Below, in pieces: positions 33,664 through 44,584 of a DNA stretch of 64,000 nt. The position numbers and the translations under genes were made by a program. This stretch comes from an uncultured delta proteobacterium. Its GTDB lineage: Bacteria; Myxococcota_A; UBA9160; UBA4427. Where the stretch lies: NCBI GenBank assembly GCA_963822965.1, contig CAWGJT010000014.1, positions 128,001-192,000 of the forward strand, written 5' to 3'. Numbering within the stretch: the stretch's first letter is position 1; the number at the start of each line of letters is the position of its first letter. Below the pieces are notes generated by a model, which saw only the letters and a list, made by a program, of their open reading frames with translations, was not told where the DNA came from and did no database searches.

Positions 33664-34590
33664 ATGTCCGAAGACGACGGCTCGACCCGACCCCAGATCC
33701 TCGACGAGGGACGCCTGACGGTCCGCATCGACCGGGCGCCCATCGAGCGCGTGAAGGCCCTGCTGGCGAAGGCCTACCTGACCGTCATCCGCGGCTCGAA
33801 TCACGATCTCGGCCGCTACGCGGTGATCGAGGGCAGTGTCTCCATCGGCCGCGGCGTGGACGTCGACCTGCGCCTGCAGGACAACGGGGTGAGCCGACAC
33901 CACGTCCGCGTCGATCGCCGGGAGGACGGCAGCTATCTGCTCGTGGACCAGGGCTCCATGAACGGAACCCACGTGGGCAGCGAGCCCGTGACCGAGCCCC
34001 GCATCCTGCGGGACGGCGACAAGATCTTCCTCGGCGAGACCGTGCTCCGCTTCGCGCTCGCCGACGATCTCGACCTCGGCTACCAGACCGAGGTCGCCCA
34101 GATCGTCGGCCAGGACCCGCTCACGGGACTGGAATCGAAGCGTCGCTTCGACGACGCCCTGGCGTTCGCGGTGGAGAGCTCGCGCGCCACCGGCGCGCCG
34201 CTCGCCATGCTGATGATGGACATGGACGGTGTGAAGCGCATCAACGACACCCACGGCCACCTCTTCGGCGCCCACGTGATCGGGGAGACGGGCCGCATTC
34301 TCGCCCGGCACCTGGATCGGACGGGGCACGCCTGCCGCTTCGGGGGCGACGAGTTCTGCGCCTTCCTGCCCGGACAGGACGTGGCGGCCGCGCGCGACAC
34401 CGCGGAGGCCATCCGCCAGGCGATCGAGAAGGCCGGAATGGAGAAGGACGGCATCCCCCTCGCCCCCACCTTGAGCATCGGCGTCGCGACCTGTCCCGTG
34501 GACGCGGACGAGCCCACGCGCCTGCTCGCCTGCGCCGACGCGGCGTTGTACCGCGCCAAGGCCCAGGGCAAGAACCGCGTATCGCTCTAG
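33664..34590 (+). CDS. FHA-domain diguanylate cyclase
   Basis: FHA motifs (IGR, VSRHH, SMNGT) followed by DPLTG...NDTHGH...RFGGDEF. AAGGAG SD. Confidence 0.9.
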   Translation: MSEDDGSTRPQILDEGRLTVRIDRAPIERVKALLAKAYLTVIRGSNHDLGRYAVIEGSVSIGRGVDVDLRLQDNGVSRHHVRVDRREDGSYLLVDQGSMNGTHVGSEPVTEPRILRDGDKIFLGETVLRFALADDLDLGYQTEVAQIVGQDPLTGLESKRRFDDALAFAVESSRATGAPLAMLMMDMDGVKRINDTHGHLFGAHVIGETGRILARHLDRTGHACRFGGDEFCAFLPGQDVAAARDTAEAIRQAIEKAGMEKDGIPLAPTLSIGVATCPVDADEPTRLLACADAALYRAKAQGKNRVSL

Positions 34591-34646
34591 CGGCCGGCCC
34601 CGCCGCGGCCAGCTCGAGCGGTCGAGGACCCGAGGAGAAGGCACGG

Positions 34647-35633
34647 ATGGAGCTCGTCGTGAGCTACGACATGCGGGCGCCGGCCTTCGGTGCGCCCGCC
34701 GCGGAGCTGTACGCCGCGGCCCTCGACCAGGTGGAGTGGGCGGACGGGCTCGGCTTCGACCTCGTGGGCCTCGGCGAGCACCACGCCTCGCCCGACGGCT
34801 ACAACCCGTCGCCGTTGGTGCTGGCGGCCGCCATGGGGGGACGCACGAAGCGGATCCGCTTCCGCACCTCGGTGGTGCTGGCGCCGCTCTACGATCCCAT
34901 CAAGCTGGCCGAGGACGCCGCGGTCACCCAGCTCGCCACCGGCGGGAGGTTGCTGCTGGGAATCGGCGGAGGCTACCGGCCGGCGGAGTTCGAAATGTTC
35001 GGCCGCCGCCTGGAGGACCGCTGGCGCGTGATCGGCGAGACCATCGCGCTGCTGCGGCTCGCCTGGACCGGCGAGCCCTTCGAGTGGCAGGGTCGGCGTT
35101 GCCACGTGACGCCCCGGCCCGATCCGGCGCCGCCCATCCTGCTGGGGGGCAGCTCGGCGGCCGCGGCGCGGCGTGCGGCGCGCATCGCGGACGACTGGTT
35201 CCCGCCCCTCGAGCCGCGGCTGTGGCCGCCGTATCGGGAGGCGTGCCTGGAGCTCGGCCGGCCGGATCCCGGCGACTACCCGGCCCAGGGGCCCATCTTC
35301 CTGTGGATCTCCCGGGACCCCGAGCGCGCCTGGCAGCGGCTGCTGCCCCACGTACTCCACCAGCTCCGCTCCTACAGCGAGTGGACCGTCGAGGCCTTCG
35401 GCCGTCCGGCGGGACCCTATGCGAAGGACATGACCGAGGAGACCGCCCGACAGAGTCCCGCCTATCGCGTGCTCGCGCCGGAAGAGGCGATCGCGCTGTC
35501 AGACGAGCTGGGTCCGAGCGGGGTCCTCTACCTGAACCCGCTGCTCGCCGGGGTCGATCCGCGCCTCTCCTGGGAGATGCTGCAGCTCTACGAGCGCGAG
35601 GTGCACCCGTACCTGCCGCGCCGGGCCGCATGA
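34647..35633 (+). CDS. LLM class flavin-dependent oxidoreductase
   Basis: Motifs GEHH, PSPL, PIKLAED, GYRPAEF and AARRAAR. Confidence 0.88.
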   Translation: MELVVSYDMRAPAFGAPAAELYAAALDQVEWADGLGFDLVGLGEHHASPDGYNPSPLVLAAAMGGRTKRIRFRTSVVLAPLYDPIKLAEDAAVTQLATGGRLLLGIGGGYRPAEFEMFGRRLEDRWRVIGETIALLRLAWTGEPFEWQGRRCHVTPRPDPAPPILLGGSSAAAARRAARIADDWFPPLEPRLWPPYREACLELGRPDPGDYPAQGPIFLWISRDPERAWQRLLPHVLHQLRSYSEWTVEAFGRPAGPYAKDMTEETARQSPAYRVLAPEEAIALSDELGPSGVLYLNPLLAGVDPRLSWEMLQLYEREVHPYLPRRAA

Positions 35634-35661
35634 GCCCGGCGCCTCGGCCGACCCGTCGGGG

Positions 35662-35961
35662 TCAGCCCGGCATGCCGTCGATCAGGATCGCGAAGTGGTT
35701 CGACGTCGCCTTCAGGCGATCGCCGATCACCTCCTGGTAGGCGCCGGACTCGTAGAGCTCCCGGGCCTGCTCCTTGGATTCGAACCGCAGCAGGACCGTC
35801 TGGTGACCCGCGGACTCGCCTTCGATCCGCTCGGTCTTGGGATCGAGCGCCAGCAGCTGGCAGGCCTTGCCGATCTGCAGGGCCGGGCCCGCGGCGGCGG
35901 CGTACTTCCCGTAGAGCTCGGGGTTCTCGACGTCGTAGTTCACGATCATGTAGGCGGGCAC
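35662..35961 (-). CDS. DUF1330 family protein
   Basis: GTG 35961: PAYMIVNYDVENPELY...IEG...VLLRFESKEQARELYESGAYQ. Confidence 0.82.
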   Translation of the reverse strand: MPAYMIVNYDVENPELYGKYAAAAGPALQIGKACQLLALDPKTERIEGESAGHQTVLLRFESKEQARELYESGAYQEVIGDRLKATSNHFAILIDGMPG

Positions 35962-36083
35962 GGAGGGCTCCTCGTCGGCGACTGGGGTGGGATGATGGAT
36001 CTGCTGCGCGCCCGCCAAACATAGGGCAACGCGCCCGGGAAGCGGGAAGCAGCCTCCTGCTTCCCGGGCCCTCGCCCCGGGGC

Positions 36084-36359
36084 TCAGCGCACCGCCGTGG
36101 CCGGATCGAAGACGTCGCAGATCTCCGTGATGCGCGTGGCCGGGAATCCGCTCGCTTCGGCGTGGGCGCGGATCGCGTCCTCGTCCTCGGCCAGGTAGAC
36201 GCAGAAGGTCTTGTCGGCCGCGCGATAGGACTGCTGCCAGGACACCCGCGGCGCCAGCTTCGCCAGCACCTCGTTGGACTTGCGGGCCGCCTCGGCGAGC
36301 GCGCACGAGTCCAGCCCTCCGACCCCCGCGATGTCTCTCTCGACCATGAATTTCCGCAT
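36084..36359 (-). CDS. DUF4242 (SCO4226-like) small protein
   Basis: MRKFMVERDIAGVG...WQQSY..DKTFCVYLA...IRAHAEASGFPATRITE. Confidence 0.85.
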   Translation of the reverse strand: MRKFMVERDIAGVGGLDSCALAEAARKSNEVLAKLAPRVSWQQSYRAADKTFCVYLAEDEDAIRAHAEASGFPATRITEICDVFDPATAVR

Positions 36360-36465
36360 TTCGGTCTCCTTCTCGTTGCTGCCGTTCCGTTCTGTGGGTT
36401 GCCTTGCGGGCGGGCGCTTCCGCCCGTGCAGACAGAGGATTCCAGCCCGCCGGGCTTGCGGACAG

Positions 36466-36501
36466 ATGGCGCAAATGACATCGTGCATGGCCGTTTCGGA
36501 C
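36466..36501. promoter_or_regulatory. Candidate AraC/GlxA-type operator (direct repeat, 21-nt period)
   Basis: ATGGC...GAC half-sites at 36466 and 36487, between the divergent DUF4242 and GlxA genes. Confidence 0.45.
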
Positions 36502-36551
36502 GGATTTCGTGCCGGCGGCGGCACGTTCGAGCCGGAGGAGAGCCGATCCCC

Positions 36552-37535
36552 ATGGGCCGACCCATCGACGTCAGCGTGCTGCTCCTCGACGGCGGGCACG
36601 CCTCCACGGCCCTGGGCCCGCTCGAGATCTTCCAGGACGCGCGCGCGCTCTACGGGACCCTGACCGGGGGCGATGCGACGCCGCGGTTCCGGGTTCGGAC
36701 GGTCTCCGCCGACGGCGAGGCGATCCGGCCCGGAACGCCGGTGACCCTGCGGCCCGACTGCGCCCTGGCGGACGTCGAGCGGACCGACCTGGTCTTCGTC
36801 CCGTCGGCGGGGCTCGGAATCGACGCGATCCTGGAGCGCAACGCGTCGGTGATCGCGTTCCTGCAGCGGGCGGCCGGGGAGGGCGCGCGCGTCGCCGGCG
36901 TCTGCTCGGGGGTTTCGCTGCTGGCCGCCGCCGGCCTGCTCGACGGACGCCGGGGCACCACCCACTGGGCGCTCGCCGAGGAATTCGCCGTGCGGTTTCC
37001 GCAGGTGCGCTGGGAGCCCGACAGCATCGTGACCGAGAGCGACGGGATCTACTGCGGCGGCGGGGTGTACGCGGCCTTCGATCTCGCGCTCTATCTCGTC
37101 GAGCGGCTGTGCGGCCGGGAGGTGGCGGTCGAGACCTCGAAGTCGCTGCTCATCGACATGCCGCGCATCTGCCAGGCGGGCTTCGCGGTGCTCCCGCTCT
37201 CCAGCGAGCACACCGACGAAGACGTCCGGCGCGCGGAGGAGTGGATCCACGGCCACTGCCGGGAAGACGTCCGGTTCGACGCGCTGGCCCGCGAGCTCGG
37301 CATGAGCCCCCGCAACTTCACGCGACGCTTCAAGGCCGCCACCGGCCTGGCCCCGCTCGAGTATCTCCAGCGGCTGCGGATCACCGCGGCCCGGCGTCTG
37401 CTCGAGCAGGGCGAGATCCGCATCCAGGACGTGGGCGGCGCCGTCGGCTACGAGGACCTGGCCTTCTTCCGCCGGCTCTTCAAGCGTCACACGGGGCTCT
37501 CGCCCCAGGCGTATCGCGCCCGCTTCGCTCCGTAG
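36552..37535 (+). CDS. GlxA family regulator (DJ-1/PfpI + AraC HTH)
   Basis: GVCSG and [12 protein letters not shown], then [11 protein letters not shown] and [15 protein letters not shown]. Confidence 0.92.
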   Translation: MGRPIDVSVLLLDGGHASTALGPLEIFQDARALYGTLTGGDATPRFRVRTVSADGEAIRPGTPVTLRPDCALADVERTDLVFVPSAGLGIDAILERNASVIAFLQRAAGEGARVAGVCSGVSLLAAAGLLDGRRGTTHWALAEEFAVRFPQVRWEPDSIVTESDGIYCGGGVYAAFDLALYLVERLCGREVAVETSKSLLIDMPRICQAGFAVLPLSSEHTDEDVRRAEEWIHGHCREDVRFDALARELGMSPRNFTRRFKAATGLAPLEYLQRLRITAARRLLEQGEIRIQDVGGAVGYEDLAFFRRLFKRHTGLSPQAYRARFAP

Positions 37536-37600
37536 TCGTTCGCGGAGGACCCGGTCGCCCGGGGTCGACGGAGAGCCCGCGAATCCCTACCAACCCGGGC

Positions 37601-38116
37601 ATGGCGAACCCCACCGCGACCCTCGAAACCTCCCTCGGCAACATGACCGTGGAGCTCTTCACGGACCAGATGCCCGGCACCGCCGGCAACTTCGTCAAGC
37701 TCGCGAAGAGCGGCTTCTACGACGGCCTTCACTTCCATCGCGTCATCGGGAGCTTCATGGTGCAGTTCGGCTGTCCGCACAGCCGAGACCCCGAGAGCTC
37801 GCGGGCCGGGACCGGCGACGGGCCGGACGGCACGATTCCCGACGAGTTCCCCGACGACGTGCGCCTCTCCAACGAGCCCGGGACCCTCTCCATGGCGAAC
37901 ACGGGCCGTCCGAACAGCGGCAGCTGCCAGTTCTTCATCAACACCAGCCACAACGAATACCTGGACTGGTTCGCGCCCGGCCCGAGCAAGCACCCCGTCT
38001 TCGGTCGCGTGGTCGACGGCCTGGACGTGCTGGCGGCCATCGAGTCCACTCCGACGGATTCCAACGACCGCCCCCTCGAGCCGGTGAAGATGGTGCGCGT
38101 GACCGTGAGCGAGTAG
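37601..38116 (+). CDS. Cyclophilin-type peptidyl-prolyl cis-trans isomerase
   Basis: Motifs [23 protein letters not shown] and HPVFGRV. Confidence 0.93.
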   Translation: MANPTATLETSLGNMTVELFTDQMPGTAGNFVKLAKSGFYDGLHFHRVIGSFMVQFGCPHSRDPESSRAGTGDGPDGTIPDEFPDDVRLSNEPGTLSMANTGRPNSGSCQFFINTSHNEYLDWFAPGPSKHPVFGRVVDGLDVLAAIESTPTDSNDRPLEPVKMVRVTVSE

Positions 38117-38130
38117 CGGCGCCCAGGCCG

Positions 38131-39357
38131 TCAGGCCGGACGAAAGCCGCGCAGCGCGTCGAGCACCTGGTCGACGTCCGCCGCCGTGTGGTCCGCGGAG
38201 AGCTGGAAGCGGATCTCCTCCTCACCCCGCGGCACCACCGGGTAGGCCAGGCCCGTCGCCAGGATGTCGTTCTCCCGCAAGTGCTGGACCAGGGCCGTCG
38301 TGCGGCCGGTATCGCGGACGAGCAGCGGCACCACCGGATGCTCTCCCGGCAGGGTCTCGTAGCCGAGGGACTCGATGCCTTCGCGCAGCCTCCGGGTCAT
38401 GGCGCGCAGGTGGGTCAGCAGCGCACGACCCGTCTCGTCGTCCAGCAGCTCGACGGCGGCCAGGGCGGCGGCCGCCTCGCCCGGCGTGATCGGGTTCGAG
38501 TAGACGTAAAAGGGTGAGGTCTCCCGCAGGTAGTCGACGAGGACCCGGTCGGCGACCGCGTAGCCGCCGTTCACCCCGAGCGCCTTGCCGAGGGTGGCCA
38601 CCAGCACGTCGCAGCGCGCGCCGGTCACCTCCTCGCTGCCGCGGCCCGTTTCGCCGAGGGCGCCGACGCCGTGGGAGTCGTCCACCATCACGACCACGTT
38701 CTCGGGGAAGCGGTCGTCGAAGCGCCGGGCGAGAGCGCCGATCTCGTCCAGCGGCGCGTGATCGCCGCGCATGCTGAAGACGCCGTCGGTGACGACGATC
38801 GCCCGCCGCACCCGGCCCGCCAGGCTGTCGAGCGAGCGTTCGAGGGCGCCGAGGTCCAGGTGCGGATAGACGAGGCGCTCGGCGGGTCGCGAGAGTCGCG
38901 CGGCGTTGATGATGCAGTTGTGGTTCAGCTCGTCGCTGACGACGCCCGTCTCCGGCGTGACCAGCGGCGGCAGCACGCCCATCACGGCCGCATAGGCGGA
39001 GCTCCAGAGCATGCCGGCCTCGCGCCCGTGGAAGCGGGCGAGTCGCGCCTCGAGGGCCACGTGCGGGGCGTGGGTTCCGCTGATGAAGCGCACCGCCTGG
39101 GGACCGGTGCCGAAGGCACGCACGGCCTCGTCCTCGGCGCGGGCGAGCTCTTCGCGCAGGCCCAGACCGAGGTAGCCATTGGAGTTCATGCGCAGGAAGG
39201 CGCGGTCGCCGCAGCCGGCGAGGCGGTAGCGCGGGCCGCGCTCTCCCGCGGCCGGGAGCACCTCCACGGTGACGTTCTCGTCGCCCTTGCGGCGTCCCTC
39301 CCGGTCGAGCCGCGCGAGCTCTTCCCGCAGCGCCGCCTGCAGTCGGTCGACGGGCAT
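38131..39357 (-). CDS. kbl: 2-amino-3-ketobutyrate CoA ligase (glycine C-acetyltransferase)
   Basis: AOS family motifs NGYLGL, VRFISGT, SDELNH, TDGVFSM, DDSHG and TLGKALG. Abuts the threonine dehydrogenase gene. Confidence 0.85.
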   Translation of the reverse strand: MPVDRLQAALREELARLDREGRRKGDENVTVEVLPAAGERGPRYRLAGCGDRAFLRMNSNGYLGLGLREELARAEDEAVRAFGTGPQAVRFISGTHAPHVALEARLARFHGREAGMLWSSAYAAVMGVLPPLVTPETGVVSDELNHNCIINAARLSRPAERLVYPHLDLGALERSLDSLAGRVRRAIVVTDGVFSMRGDHAPLDEIGALARRFDDRFPENVVVMVDDSHGVGALGETGRGSEEVTGARCDVLVATLGKALGVNGGYAVADRVLVDYLRETSPFYVYSNPITPGEAAAALAAVELLDDETGRALLTHLRAMTRRLREGIESLGYETLPGEHPVVPLLVRDTGRTTALVQHLRENDILATGLAYPVVPRGEEEIRFQLSADHTAADVDQVLDALRGFRPA

Positions 39358-40335
39358 TCAGGCGCTCCCCGGCTGCTGCGCCCGCAGGGCGCCCAGCATC
39401 TCGCGCACCATCGAGGCGAGATCGTGCTCGGGCTTCCAGCCCCACTCGCTGCGTGCGGCCGAGTCATCGACGGCGTCCGGCCACGAGTCCGCGATCGCCT
39501 GGCGCGCGGGATCGACCGCATAGTCGATCTCGAAGCCGGGGACGTGCTTGCGGATCTCGGCGGCCAGCTCGTCCGGCGTGATGCTCATCGCCGTCAGGTT
39601 GAAGGCGTTGCGGTGGCGCAGCCGGCCAGGGTCCACCTCCATCACCTCGATCATCGCCCGGATCGCGTCTGGCATGTACATCATGTCCAGGCGGGTGTCG
39701 GCGCGCAGGAAGCACGTATAGCGACCGTGACGGACCGCGCCGTGGAAGATCTCCACCGCGTAGTCCGTGGTTCCGCCGCCGGGCGGCGCCACGTGGGAGA
39801 CCAGGCCCGGAAGGCGCAGGCCCCGGGCATCGGTCCCGAAGCGGCGGGCGTAGTAGTCGCCGAGCAGCTCGGCGGCCACCTTCGTGATGCCGTACATGGT
39901 GGTCGGTCGCTGGATGGTGACCTGGGGCGTGGCCTGCTCCGGGGTGGTGGGCCCGAAGGCGCCGATGGAGCTCGGCAGGAAGACCGCGCAGCCGAACTGT
40001 CGGGCCACCTCCAGCACCCGGTACACGCTTCCCATGTTGACCTCCCAGGCCTTGCGGGGGCGCTCCTCGGCCACCGCCGACAGCAGCGCGGCCAGGTGGT
40101 AGATGGCGTCGATGCGATGGGTCCGGACGGCGTGCGCGATCTCCCCCATGTGCAGGCAGTCGACGTCGACGAACGGGCCCTTGTCTGCGGCCGAGACGGG
40201 GGCGGCATGGGCGGCCGAAGCCGGGATGCGGATGTCCGACGCCAGCACGTTGTCGCGCCCGTAGCGAGCGCGCAGCGCGGGAACCAGCTCGGATCCGATC
40301 TGCCCCGCGGCGCCGGTGACGAGGATTCGCTGCAT
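39358..40335 (-). CDS. tdh: L-threonine 3-dehydrogenase (SDR/epimerase type)
   Basis: Motifs GAAGQIG, HLAALLSA, PSSIGAFG, YGITK, PGGGTTDYAV, MMYMPD and RQAIADSWP. Confidence 0.88.
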   Translation of the reverse strand: MQRILVTGAAGQIGSELVPALRARYGRDNVLASDIRIPASAAHAAPVSAADKGPFVDVDCLHMGEIAHAVRTHRIDAIYHLAALLSAVAEERPRKAWEVNMGSVYRVLEVARQFGCAVFLPSSIGAFGPTTPEQATPQVTIQRPTTMYGITKVAAELLGDYYARRFGTDARGLRLPGLVSHVAPPGGGTTDYAVEIFHGAVRHGRYTCFLRADTRLDMMYMPDAIRAMIEVMEVDPGRLRHRNAFNLTAMSITPDELAAEIRKHVPGFEIDYAVDPARQAIADSWPDAVDDSAARSEWGWKPEHDLASMVREMLGALRAQQPGSA

Positions 40336-40412
40336 GCTCCTTGAGACTCCCGCTTGCTCTCGCTGCTGCCGCGCTCGGGCCCGGCCGCGAACGGCTCCGG
40401 CCGCACGGGGTG

Positions 40413-41513
40413 TCACTCGCCGCGGCGCTCCTCCTGCTCCTCTCGGTGATGACGCCGGCGAGCAGACGACCCGAGCCAGCCGCGATGGCGGAAGTACCAC
40501 ACGAGCGCCGCCGCCACGACCGCCATCGCGCCGAGCACGACGAAGTAGCCCCGCGGGCTGTGGAGCTCCGGCATGTACTCGAAGTTCATGCCGTAGATGC
40601 CGGCGATGAACGTCAGCGGAATGAAGATGCTCGCGGTGAGCGTCAGCACCTTCATGATCTCGTTCTGCCGATGGCTCAGGGTGGACAGGTACATGTCCAT
40701 CAGTCCGACGGCGATCTCCCGGCAGAAGTCCACCCGGCCCATGATCTGCGCCATGTGGTCCTCCGTATCGCGCAGGTAGACCCGCACCTTCTCGGCCATG
40801 AAGGGCGACGCGCTGCGCACCAGCTCGCCCAGGGTCTCCCGCTGGGGCCAGCCGACCCGACGGAGCGTGGCGATCTCGCGGCGTAGCCGGTGGAGCACGC
40901 CGAGATCCTCCGCCTCGGGGTCGATCAGGACGAGGTCCTCGAGATCGTCGAGCTTCTGCGAGAGGTCCTCGACCACGGGGAAGTAGTGGTCGGTGAGCGC
41001 GTCCAGCAGCGCGTAGGCGAGGTAGCCGGGACCGCCGCTGCGGATGGGCGCGTTGCCTGCGCGCAGGCGGTTGCGCACGGCGTCGAAGAAGCCGAAGTAG
41101 CGGTCCTGGAACGTGATCAGGTAGTGGTGACCGATCACGAAGCACACCTGGGGGGTCGTGAGCGTCTCGTCCTCGTACAGCGGCGCGCGTCCGATCACGA
41201 CCGCGTGCTGGTCGTAGATCTCGGCCTTCGCGCGCTGGGGGACGTTCACGGCGTCCTCCAGGGCGAGCGGGTGGATCTCGAAGAGCTCGGCGACCCGGCG
41301 AAGCACGGCCTCGTCGCCGAGACCCTGGATGTCGATCCAGGTGGTGGTCCGGGTCTTCGTGAACCGCGCGAGCTCCTCCACGTCCTGCACGTCGTGGTCC
41401 ACGAGGTCGTGCGCATCGAAGTCCATCGCGCGGATGCGCGGCGGCAGGGAGCCGTCGGGGATCATCAGCGTGCCGGGTCGCGCTCCGGCGGGCGGGTTGC
41501 GCTTCGTGAGCAT
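40413..41513 (-). CDS. corA: Magnesium/cobalt transporter CorA
   Basis: HPLALED, NEIMKVLT and the YGMNFEYMPEL signature. Confidence 0.93.
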   Translation of the reverse strand: MLTKRNPPAGARPGTLMIPDGSLPPRIRAMDFDAHDLVDHDVQDVEELARFTKTRTTTWIDIQGLGDEAVLRRVAELFEIHPLALEDAVNVPQRAKAEIYDQHAVVIGRAPLYEDETLTTPQVCFVIGHHYLITFQDRYFGFFDAVRNRLRAGNAPIRSGGPGYLAYALLDALTDHYFPVVEDLSQKLDDLEDLVLIDPEAEDLGVLHRLRREIATLRRVGWPQRETLGELVRSASPFMAEKVRVYLRDTEDHMAQIMGRVDFCREIAVGLMDMYLSTLSHRQNEIMKVLTLTASIFIPLTFIAGIYGMNFEYMPELHSPRGYFVVLGAMAVVAAALVWYFRHRGWLGSSARRRHHREEQEERRGE

Positions 41514-41601
41514 GCCGGCTCGGGGCCTCCCGGGTTGGTCCGACGCCGCGAGCCAGACTAGCAGGCCGACCCAGGAGGGGTCGGCCCGCGCGGCGCCGGT
41601 C

Positions 41602-41925
41602 TCAGGGTCGCCGGGCGACCACGTGCACCTGGGTCGCGTCGCCGGCTCACGTGATGCAGGGTCTGGTGGCAGAGGATCATGTCGAAGCCGGCGCCGGGTA
41701 GCGCGCACGCCTCGATGTCGTTCTCGCGCACGTCGATCTCTCAGGGGCCCCGGCGCCGCAGCCGGCGTCGAGGACCCGGTCGAATCGCTCGGGTCCTCCC
41801 GCCTGGCGGAGCAGCGCCTCCAGGTCGTCCAGCGCGCGCGCGACGACGTAGCGCCTCCACACGTCGGTCTGCTGGAACCCGGTGCCGAAAGGCGTCTCCG
41901 GCACCGGGCGGGTCTGCTGGAACAC
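41602..41925 (-). pseudogene. Class I SAM-dependent methyltransferase remnant with two internal deletions
   Basis: Three colinear fragments in different frames: VPETPFG...VLDAGCGAG, then EIDVRENDIEACALPGAGFDMILCHQTLHHVS, then TQVHVVARRP-stop. Confidence 0.72.
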
Positions 41926-42030
41926 CGGCCGTCGCCTCCCGGCCGAGGAACCCTGCACCCCGGGCGCTACACGACCGACGTCCGCGGCGGTGACGACGGC
42001 CGTATGACGGATCCCGGCTAGAATGCGCGC

Positions 42031-43112
42031 ATGGACTCTCTCCGGATGGTGCTGACCGGTGGGGCCGGCTTCCTCGGCCAGGCGCTCGTGCGCGAGCTCT
42101 CACGCTCCGGCGAGAGCGCTCCGCGCGAGCTTCGCCTCTTCGATCGACAGGTCGCCGACACCCAGGGACTCGCCCGGCGTCACCGCGCTCCAGGGGGACG
42201 TGTGCGACTACGATCGCGTGCTCGACGCATGTCGCGGCGCCGACGTCGTCTTCCATGCGGCCTCGCTCATCGACTGGGGCCAGGCGACCCCGGAGCAGCT
42301 GGCGTCGGTGAACGTGGGCGGCACCGAGAACGTGATCCGCGCGTGTCGCGAGGCCGGCGTTCCCGCCCTCGTCTACACCAGCTCGATGGACGTCGTGTGC
42401 GGGACCGCGCCCGTGGTGGACGCGGACGAGAGCCTCGCCTATCCGAAGCGCTTCGCGAACGCCTACGCGAGCACCAAGGCCCGGGCCGAGCAGATCGTCC
42501 TGGCCGCGAACGGCTCGCCCCGCGCGGCGCGCCCCGGCGAGTCGGCGGCCGAGCCGCGGCTCGCGCACCTGCGCGATCCGCCCGTGCGGCATGTTCGGCG
42601 AGGGCGACCCGTACCACGTGGCGAACGTGCTGAAGGTGGTCCGGGAAGGCAGCCTGCCCTTCCGCCCGGGGAACGGGCGAGCCGCGTTCCAGCACGTCTA
42701 CGTCGGAAACGTGGCCCATGCCCACGTGCTGGCGATGCGCAGGCTGCTCGAGCCCGGCTCGCCGGTGGCGGGCGAAGCCTACTTCGTCACCGACGACACG
42801 CCGGCGGTGAACTTCCTGGACTTCATGGAGCCGATCCTCGAAGCGTTGGGACACCGGCTGCCGCCGAAGTCCCGGCGCGTCCCCTATCCGGTGATGTACG
42901 CCCTGGGTGCGGCGGCCGAGGGCGCGGCGGCGCTGTGCCGGCCGTTCTACCGCTTTACGCCCACGCTCACCCGATCGAGCATGCGCTTCGTGTGCCACGA
43001 CCACACGTTCCGCGGCGACAAGGCGCGCAAGCAGCTGGGCTACGCGCCGGTCTACTCCGAGGCGGAGAGCCTCGAGCGCACCATCGCGTGGTTCCGCGGC
43101 GCCGAAGCCTGA
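42031..43112 (+). CDS. 3-beta-HSD/NAD-dependent epimerase family; two frameshifts (~42165, ~42565)
   Basis: TGGAGFLG, then VFHAAS, NVGGT, YTSS and YASTK, then VYVGNVAHAH, spread over three frames. Confidence 0.82.
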
Positions 43113-43128
43113 GCCGCGCGGATTCCGC

Positions 43129-44419
43129 TCAGCGAAGGGTCCAGCGCATCGGCGCGCGCTTGATGCCGCCGACGAAGCTGGAGCGCACCCGGTCGACGGG
43201 CGCCGGTGCGCTCCATCGAGACGAGCCGCTCCCGCAGCTGGTGGTACATGGTGCGGATCTCGAGCCGCGCCAGGTGCGCGCCGAGGCACACGTGCTCGCC
43301 CCGCCCGAAGCCCACGTGGTCGTTCGGCTTGCGGTCGATCCGGAACGCGGAAGGGATCCTCGAAGATCTCCTCGTCGCGGTTGCCCGACGCGTAGAAGAG
43401 GCACACCGACTCGCCCTCGCGGATCGTCTTGTCGCGCACGCTCCATGTCGCGCGTGGCGGTGCGGCGAGAACTGGATCACCGGCGTCGTCCAGCGCACCG
43501 TCTCCTCGATGGCGCCTTCCACCAGGCCCGGATCCTTCGCCAGCTTCTGCCACTCGCCGGGATTGTCGATGAAGCACTGGATGCCGCCGGTCATGGCGTT
43601 GCGGGTGGTCTCGTTGCCGGCGACCACGAGCAGGAAGTAGTAGGAGAGGAGCTCGAAGTCGGCGAGCGGCTTGCCGTCGATGCGCCCCTGCACGACCACC
43701 GAGAGGATGTCGTCCGTCGGGTTCTTGCGCCGCGCTGCTCGGCGATCTCCTTGAAGTAGGTGAAGAGCTCGATGCGCGCCTGCTCGGAGGTCTCGATCGA
43801 GCTGGTCCGGCCGCGCTGGAACTCCGGATCGTCCGGCGCGATGATCTCGTTCGTCCAGCGGAAGAGCAGGTGCCAGTCCTCCTCGGGGATGCCCAGCATC
43901 AGCGCGATCACCGCGATCGTGATCGGCGCCGAGACGTCGGCCACGAAGTCGATGCCGCCCTGTGCGTCGCACTTGTCGCGCGCCTGGTCGAGCACGCTCG
44001 CGCGTCACCGTCTGCACCTTGGGCTCCCACACCTGGACGGTGCGGGGCGTGAACCACTTCGAGATCAGGTTGCGGTAGCGACCGTGGTCCGGCGGGATCC
44101 ATGGTCAGCAGGTGCCGCGTCGTGGGCTCGGGCGGCGCGTCCCGGGTGAAGACGGCGATGCGCGGCTCGATGATCCAGTCCTTCGGGTTCTTGCCGATCG
44201 CGACGATGTCCGCGTGCTTCGTGACGGCCCAGAAGGGATCGCAGCAGTCGGACTCGATCCAGTGCACCGGGTCGTGCCGGCGCAGCCAGGTCCATTCGGG
44301 ATGCGGATAGCCGTCGCGCTGGTACTTCTCCGGCGAGATGACGTCGAGGGTCGACGGGTCGAGATCGTCGGGGAGCGGCCGGACGAAGTCGGGGCTCGGA
44401 CGGAGCTGGCGGTGCTCAT
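43129..44419 (-). CDS. Cytochrome P450 (CYP125/142/124-like); multiple frameshifts
   Basis: Fragments FWAVTKHAD, MDP, I-helix VAGNETTRN, EETVRW, SGNRDE and the heme motif FGRGEHVCLG. Confidence 0.85.
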
Positions 44420-44584
44420 GCGGACCTCCTGGCGGGGATGGCAGCGCCGGAAATGCTATCGCACTCGGGCCTCGTCGCGGTCTGCGCGCCCCCTGGGTGG
44501 CGCGGCCCGGACCGTTCCCCTTGGGCGGCGTTCCGACCGTCGTGCGGTCGGGCGGTGGCACGCGAGCTGCACCGGCAGGGCTGC

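Noticed and set aside
30321..35633. Very long ORFs in the track (1770 aa here; also 52632-57794, 52685-57538, 18236-22897, 3915-7259)
   Set aside because: These are Arg/Gly/Pro-rich shadow or run-on frames caused by high GC. The real genes lie in other frames or only at their 3' ends.
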